Shown here: piece by piece, positions 34,788 to 38,568 of the stretch
Layout: each line of letters starts with the position of its first letter
How positions within the stretch are numbered: position 1 is the stretch's first letter
DNA from: Octopus bimaculoides
Lineage: Eukaryota
Direction: 5' to 3'
DNA length: 38,568 bases
Assembly (NCBI RefSeq): GCF_001194135.2
Contig: NC_068984.1
Coordinates: 62,951,000-62,989,567 of the forward strand
Program-made: the position numbers and the translations under genes
The notes under the pieces: model-generated
The model's database searches: none
Told to the model about the DNA's origin: nothing
Seen by the model: the letters and a program-made list of their open reading frames with translations, nothing else

Positions 34788-36275
34788 TGCAGAAAGTCTC
34801 AAAAATATATACGCAAATTTACAGATGATAACGCAATTAATTTTATTTATTGTTTTTTTTTTCGATTTAAGCAATTAGAAATAATGCAAAAAGCTAAACT
34901 AAGCTTCGAACAAAGGAAATGTCTCCTGAAGTATCACAATAGGTTTGAAAATACTGCCCAAGAGCAAAGACACTTTAGGAAGAAGCTTCAATCGATACAC
35001 CAACGCCATCTACCACCATTCGACGTAGAGATAAGTGCTAATCAGATGGAATTGTTCATAATGTCCACAAGAAACGTTCTAGAAGACTGCGAACACCGAC
35101 GAGCTCCACACAGCAAAGTGTGTATTAAAAATCTATTACCACAGTCTAAAAGAAAATGCGCGACATGTGAATCGCGAGATAGAAAATTCAAAATGAAGTG
35201 TCGATCGCAATTTGAACGGCTGTCATTCTAAAAGCCACATCTCAGGAACAGGTTGTCCTCTCAATGAAGATGAACCTGATTGAAGAGTGGAGTTTTGCGA
35301 GTGGTACCTGGAAGGACCTATTGATGATGCACACTTTTCAACAAACATTGCTTAGAGTGATGAGACCACATTTAAATTTAATCGCTCAATTAACCGCCGA
35401 AGTTGTACTCACTGGGGATCTGAGTTGAGATTCAGCATGTTACGGGAAAACAAAGTTAATTTACAGAGAACTGCGATATAGTGCGTTTTATCATTTGAAG
35501 AGTTAATTTTCGAAGATAATGTGACTGGTCCGATTTAACTGAACTTACTGCGACAAGCTATCATACCAAGCATTCAAGAAGACTTCAATCATGTGGAGTT
35601 TTATTTCTTATTTCTCTATTGTCCACAAGGGACTAAACATAGAGGGGGCAAACAAAGACAGACAAAAGGATTAAGTCGATTACATCGACCACAGTGCTTT
35701 TAACTGGTACTTAATTTATCGACCCCGAAACGATGAAAGGCAAAGTCGAGCTGCGCGGAATTTGAACTCAGAACGTAACGGCAGACGAAATACCGCTATG
35801 CATTTCTCCCAGTCTGCTAACGTTTCTACCAGCTCGCCGCCTTGGAGTTTTATTTCTGCAAAGTAAAGTAAGGATCACACTGATGAGATTTAGCCAACAT
35901 GAGGATTGATGAAGAGATTCAGTAGAATACAAACCGTGCTCACCGGGCCGCGTATCACTAAACATTTTGATAGGTATACATAAAAATTAAAATTTACAGT
36001 ACAAAATCGTCAATAGTTAATGCATTGGGCTTAGCTATTGTACGAGAATGCGCCCAAACGTCGAACAAAAGGTTTCTCGATGTTTGCAGTTTCATTGCTT
36101 TGCATTATCAAGAGAGCCTGGACTAGAAATGTTGCCGATTTGAAAACAGATGTTCATTAAAATATCAAATTCTGTCTATAGATTGTAATTAAGTCTGAAA
36201 AGGAAGTATATTTTGATAAACATTGACTTTGTATGCATTCAATATACGCATACATTTCTTGGAATCCCCACTATA
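34788..36275 (+). mobile_element. Near full-length decayed maT/DD37D-like Tc1/mariner element, interrupted by a SINE
   Basis: MQKAKLSFEQRKCLLK..., NEDEPD*RVEFCEWY, SDETTFKFNRSINRRSCTHWGSE, then past the SINE SVEYKPCSPG and KIYSTKS. Weakly similar terminal repeats at about 34789-34820 and 36240-36275. Confidence 0.85.
35609..35842 (-). mobile_element. Full-length SINE family A copy (tail type 3) with TSD
   Basis: 15-bp TSD tggagttttatttct (35594-35608 / 35843-35857). Head aaggcggcgagctggtagaaacgttagc; tail ccccctctatgtttagtcccttgtggacaatagagaaata. Confidence 0.95.
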
Positions 36276-36354
36276 TGTGCGAGTGTTAAAGAGATTATGT
36301 ATTTGATTATAACTTTACGACTATATATATACAAGCGTTCGTGTATGTATTGAT

Positions 36355-36452
36355 CTCTCTCACTCTCACTTTCACTCTCTCTCTCTCTCTCTCTCTCTCA
36401 CTTCACTTTCATTCTTTCATTCATTCATTCTCTCTCTCTATCTATCTATCTC
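36355..36452. repeat. Compound (CT)n/(TCAT)n/(TATC)n microsatellite
   Basis: Direct reading. Confidence 0.9.
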
Positions 36453-37372
36453 TTTTTCTCGTCTGTGTAGTCTTATTTCATTGCGTGTAGTTATTGTCGT
36501 TATTTGGCATAATGTTTTATTTTTATGCATTCATATGTGAATTTACACATTGTCAGTGTTATTTTATGTTTTTAGTGAACAGATATATATCCCTGTGAAT
36601 ATATGAGTGCAATATATAACCCAATATATGAGTCTGTGTGTCAGAGCGTGCGTCTATGAATGTAATTACTACTTGAATTGTGTTATAGTGTTCTTGTGTC
36701 CGTATGTATCGGTTTATGAAGGCTCTTTGCTGCATAGTTTTCCTGCCTGTTTAATTACCGCGATTTGAATTTATGTCTTTATAACACTATAGTATATTCC
36801 CCCCTCTCTCTCTCTATCTCTCTTTCTTATTCGTTTGTCTCGCACTCTCGCTCGTTTTCTCCTTTCTCTCGGAACTGGTTCATATATAGCCATGTAACCT
36901 AGGACATGCTAATTACTCATCAATTATCCTAATTCATTTATTTATTTATTTATTTATTTTACATATTAGGTTTTATCATTCTGTATGCTTTTCATTCTAT
37001 ATAAGTGCAGACATATAATGTATTCTTCATAATACACTGGCGACACGGCTCACGGAAGATGTGATTCTTATACTTTCTAATACTTACATCGTCGTCATGC
37101 AAGATTACTGAGAATCTTAAAAGAATGAACATATTGAGATATTACCGATAGTGTTTTTTTTTTTTTTTTTACTTTTCAAATATATTTTACTCTCTTCATA
37201 TCAGTAGATTGTACGATGTACTTGACTGTGCATTCAGCATTCACACCTGCGGATTTAAAATATAGGAATATACATTCAAACATTTGGGTTTTATTTCTAA
37301 GTAACAAACTACACTGAGCTGTGTTGCAACTGGCTATTACTCGTGCATGCAAAGTTCAACATGATATGGTGC

Positions 37373-37462
<90 letters not shown>
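37373..37462. repeat. (AGAT)n microsatellite
   Basis: Direct reading; explains the SIYL-repeat ORF 37356..37559. Confidence 0.97.
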
Positions 37463-37463
<1 letters not shown>

Positions 37464-37884
37464 AAAAGAGTCACTTGTACACACATATAGATGTATACGT
37501 ATATATTTAAATTTATCTACATGCATACATATCATATATATATGCATTGCCGACCACATGTACTCAATGTACTATGCGTTTTGTTTGTTCGCTGTACAGT
37601 GGCGTCCTGTGGGGTGGGGCAACTTCCTCATTAAGCTGTGTATATAAAACTCCTAAAAGTCATAGACAGGTGAAACAGCTCGTGTCCGATCGAATTCAGG
37701 ATGATCGGTTGATACCGACTTTTCGCCATTTTGTAGCTATCGACACGTTGATAAACAACATAAATGGCGTCATGCCGCAGCGTACCGGCAAACATGCAAA
37801 GCACATAGACTATGTACGTGCTCTCGGTAATGTTTATAACAGTAACGCTACTTTTAATTCGTTATTGAACATATACATATAAAT

Positions 37885-38228
37885 TGACTGGCTCAGTGGT
37901 AAGATTATCAGGAACATAATCATGAGGTAGTGAGTTCGATTCCCGGACCGGGCTGTGTGTTGTGTTCTTCAGGAAGACACTTTGTTTCACGCTACTTCGA
38001 GTTCACTCAGCTGTAGAAATGAGTTGCGAGGTCATTGGTGCCAAGCTGTATCGGTGTTTGGCTTTCCCTTGGATTACATTTGTGGCGTGCAGAGGGGTAA
38101 TCGGTATGCATGGACGACTGCTGGTCTTCCATAAATAACATTGCCCGGACATATGCCTTGGAGGGGAATTCTCTAGGAGTAACCCCATGGTCATTCATGA
38201 CCGATGGAGTACTTTACTCTTTATTTCT
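37885..38228 (+). mobile_element. tRNA-derived SINE family C, near full length
   Basis: tggctcagtggtaag (A-box), gagttcgattccc (B-box), central ttcactcagctgtagaaatgagtt, tail catggtcattcatgaccg...tttactctttatttcttt. Confidence 0.85.
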
Positions 38229-38470
38229 TTATGCATACATACCTACATGCATATAATGATCTTTGGTGAAACTGAAGCTGTAAGTCTTTCTTGTGACTCA
38301 AGTTTACTTCACCGGGATCTTCACTCGAGAGTTATTCTCGCTTGAAGATCACAGTTGCGTGAAACTCAAGTCACGAGACAATCTGTCTGTTCCAGTTTCA
38401 TTACAAAAAGAACGTCTGCTACATGTATAGATCACTTCTATCTAATTCGCTCGACATAAACCAACCTATG

Positions 38471-38473
<3 letters not shown>

Positions 38474-38511
<38 letters not shown>

Positions 38512-38527
38512 TATTTATATTCACTCC

Positions 38528-38562
<35 letters not shown>
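38474..38562. repeat. (CA)n/(TA)n microsatellites
   Basis: Direct reading. Confidence 0.95.
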
Positions 38563-38564
<2 letters not shown>

Positions 38565-38568
38565 GCTA

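Noticed and set aside
37589-37800. Possible Tc1-like 5' end (tacagtggcg..., TATA-like gtatataaaa)
   Set aside because: No matching TIR or clear transposase motifs were found.

Overview
AT-rich, repeat-dense animal (eukaryotic) genomic DNA with six N gaps and many microsatellites. The SINE families and repeat landscape look like an octopod cephalopod, possibly Octopus (recognition from memory, not searched). I find no intact protein-coding gene; most ORFs in the supplied track are artefacts of N gaps or microsatellites. The window is a mosaic of mobile elements. DNA transposons: decayed Tc1, mariner, maT/DD37D-like and Tigger/pogo elements, plus two GG...CC-ended foldback elements with 8-bp TSDs and TTAGGG cores. 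Retroelements: a CR1-type LINE fragment, a Penelope-like fragment, hammerhead-ribozyme-like repeats and at least three tRNA-derived SINE families. Most notable: (i) a family of 1.3-1.6 kb retroposons carrying only a gag-like zinc-knuckle ORF1, with long TSDs and a 3' tail shared with one SINE subfamily; (ii) up to three co-oriented, heavily decayed rhodopsin-type GPCR pseudogenes; (iii) telomere-repeat-carrying, probably Merlin-like elements; (iv) minimal hammerhead motifs; (v) two head-to-head SINE pairs with similar short spacers. All alignments were done by eye. Coordinates of decayed elements are approximate unless a TSD or TIR is quoted.
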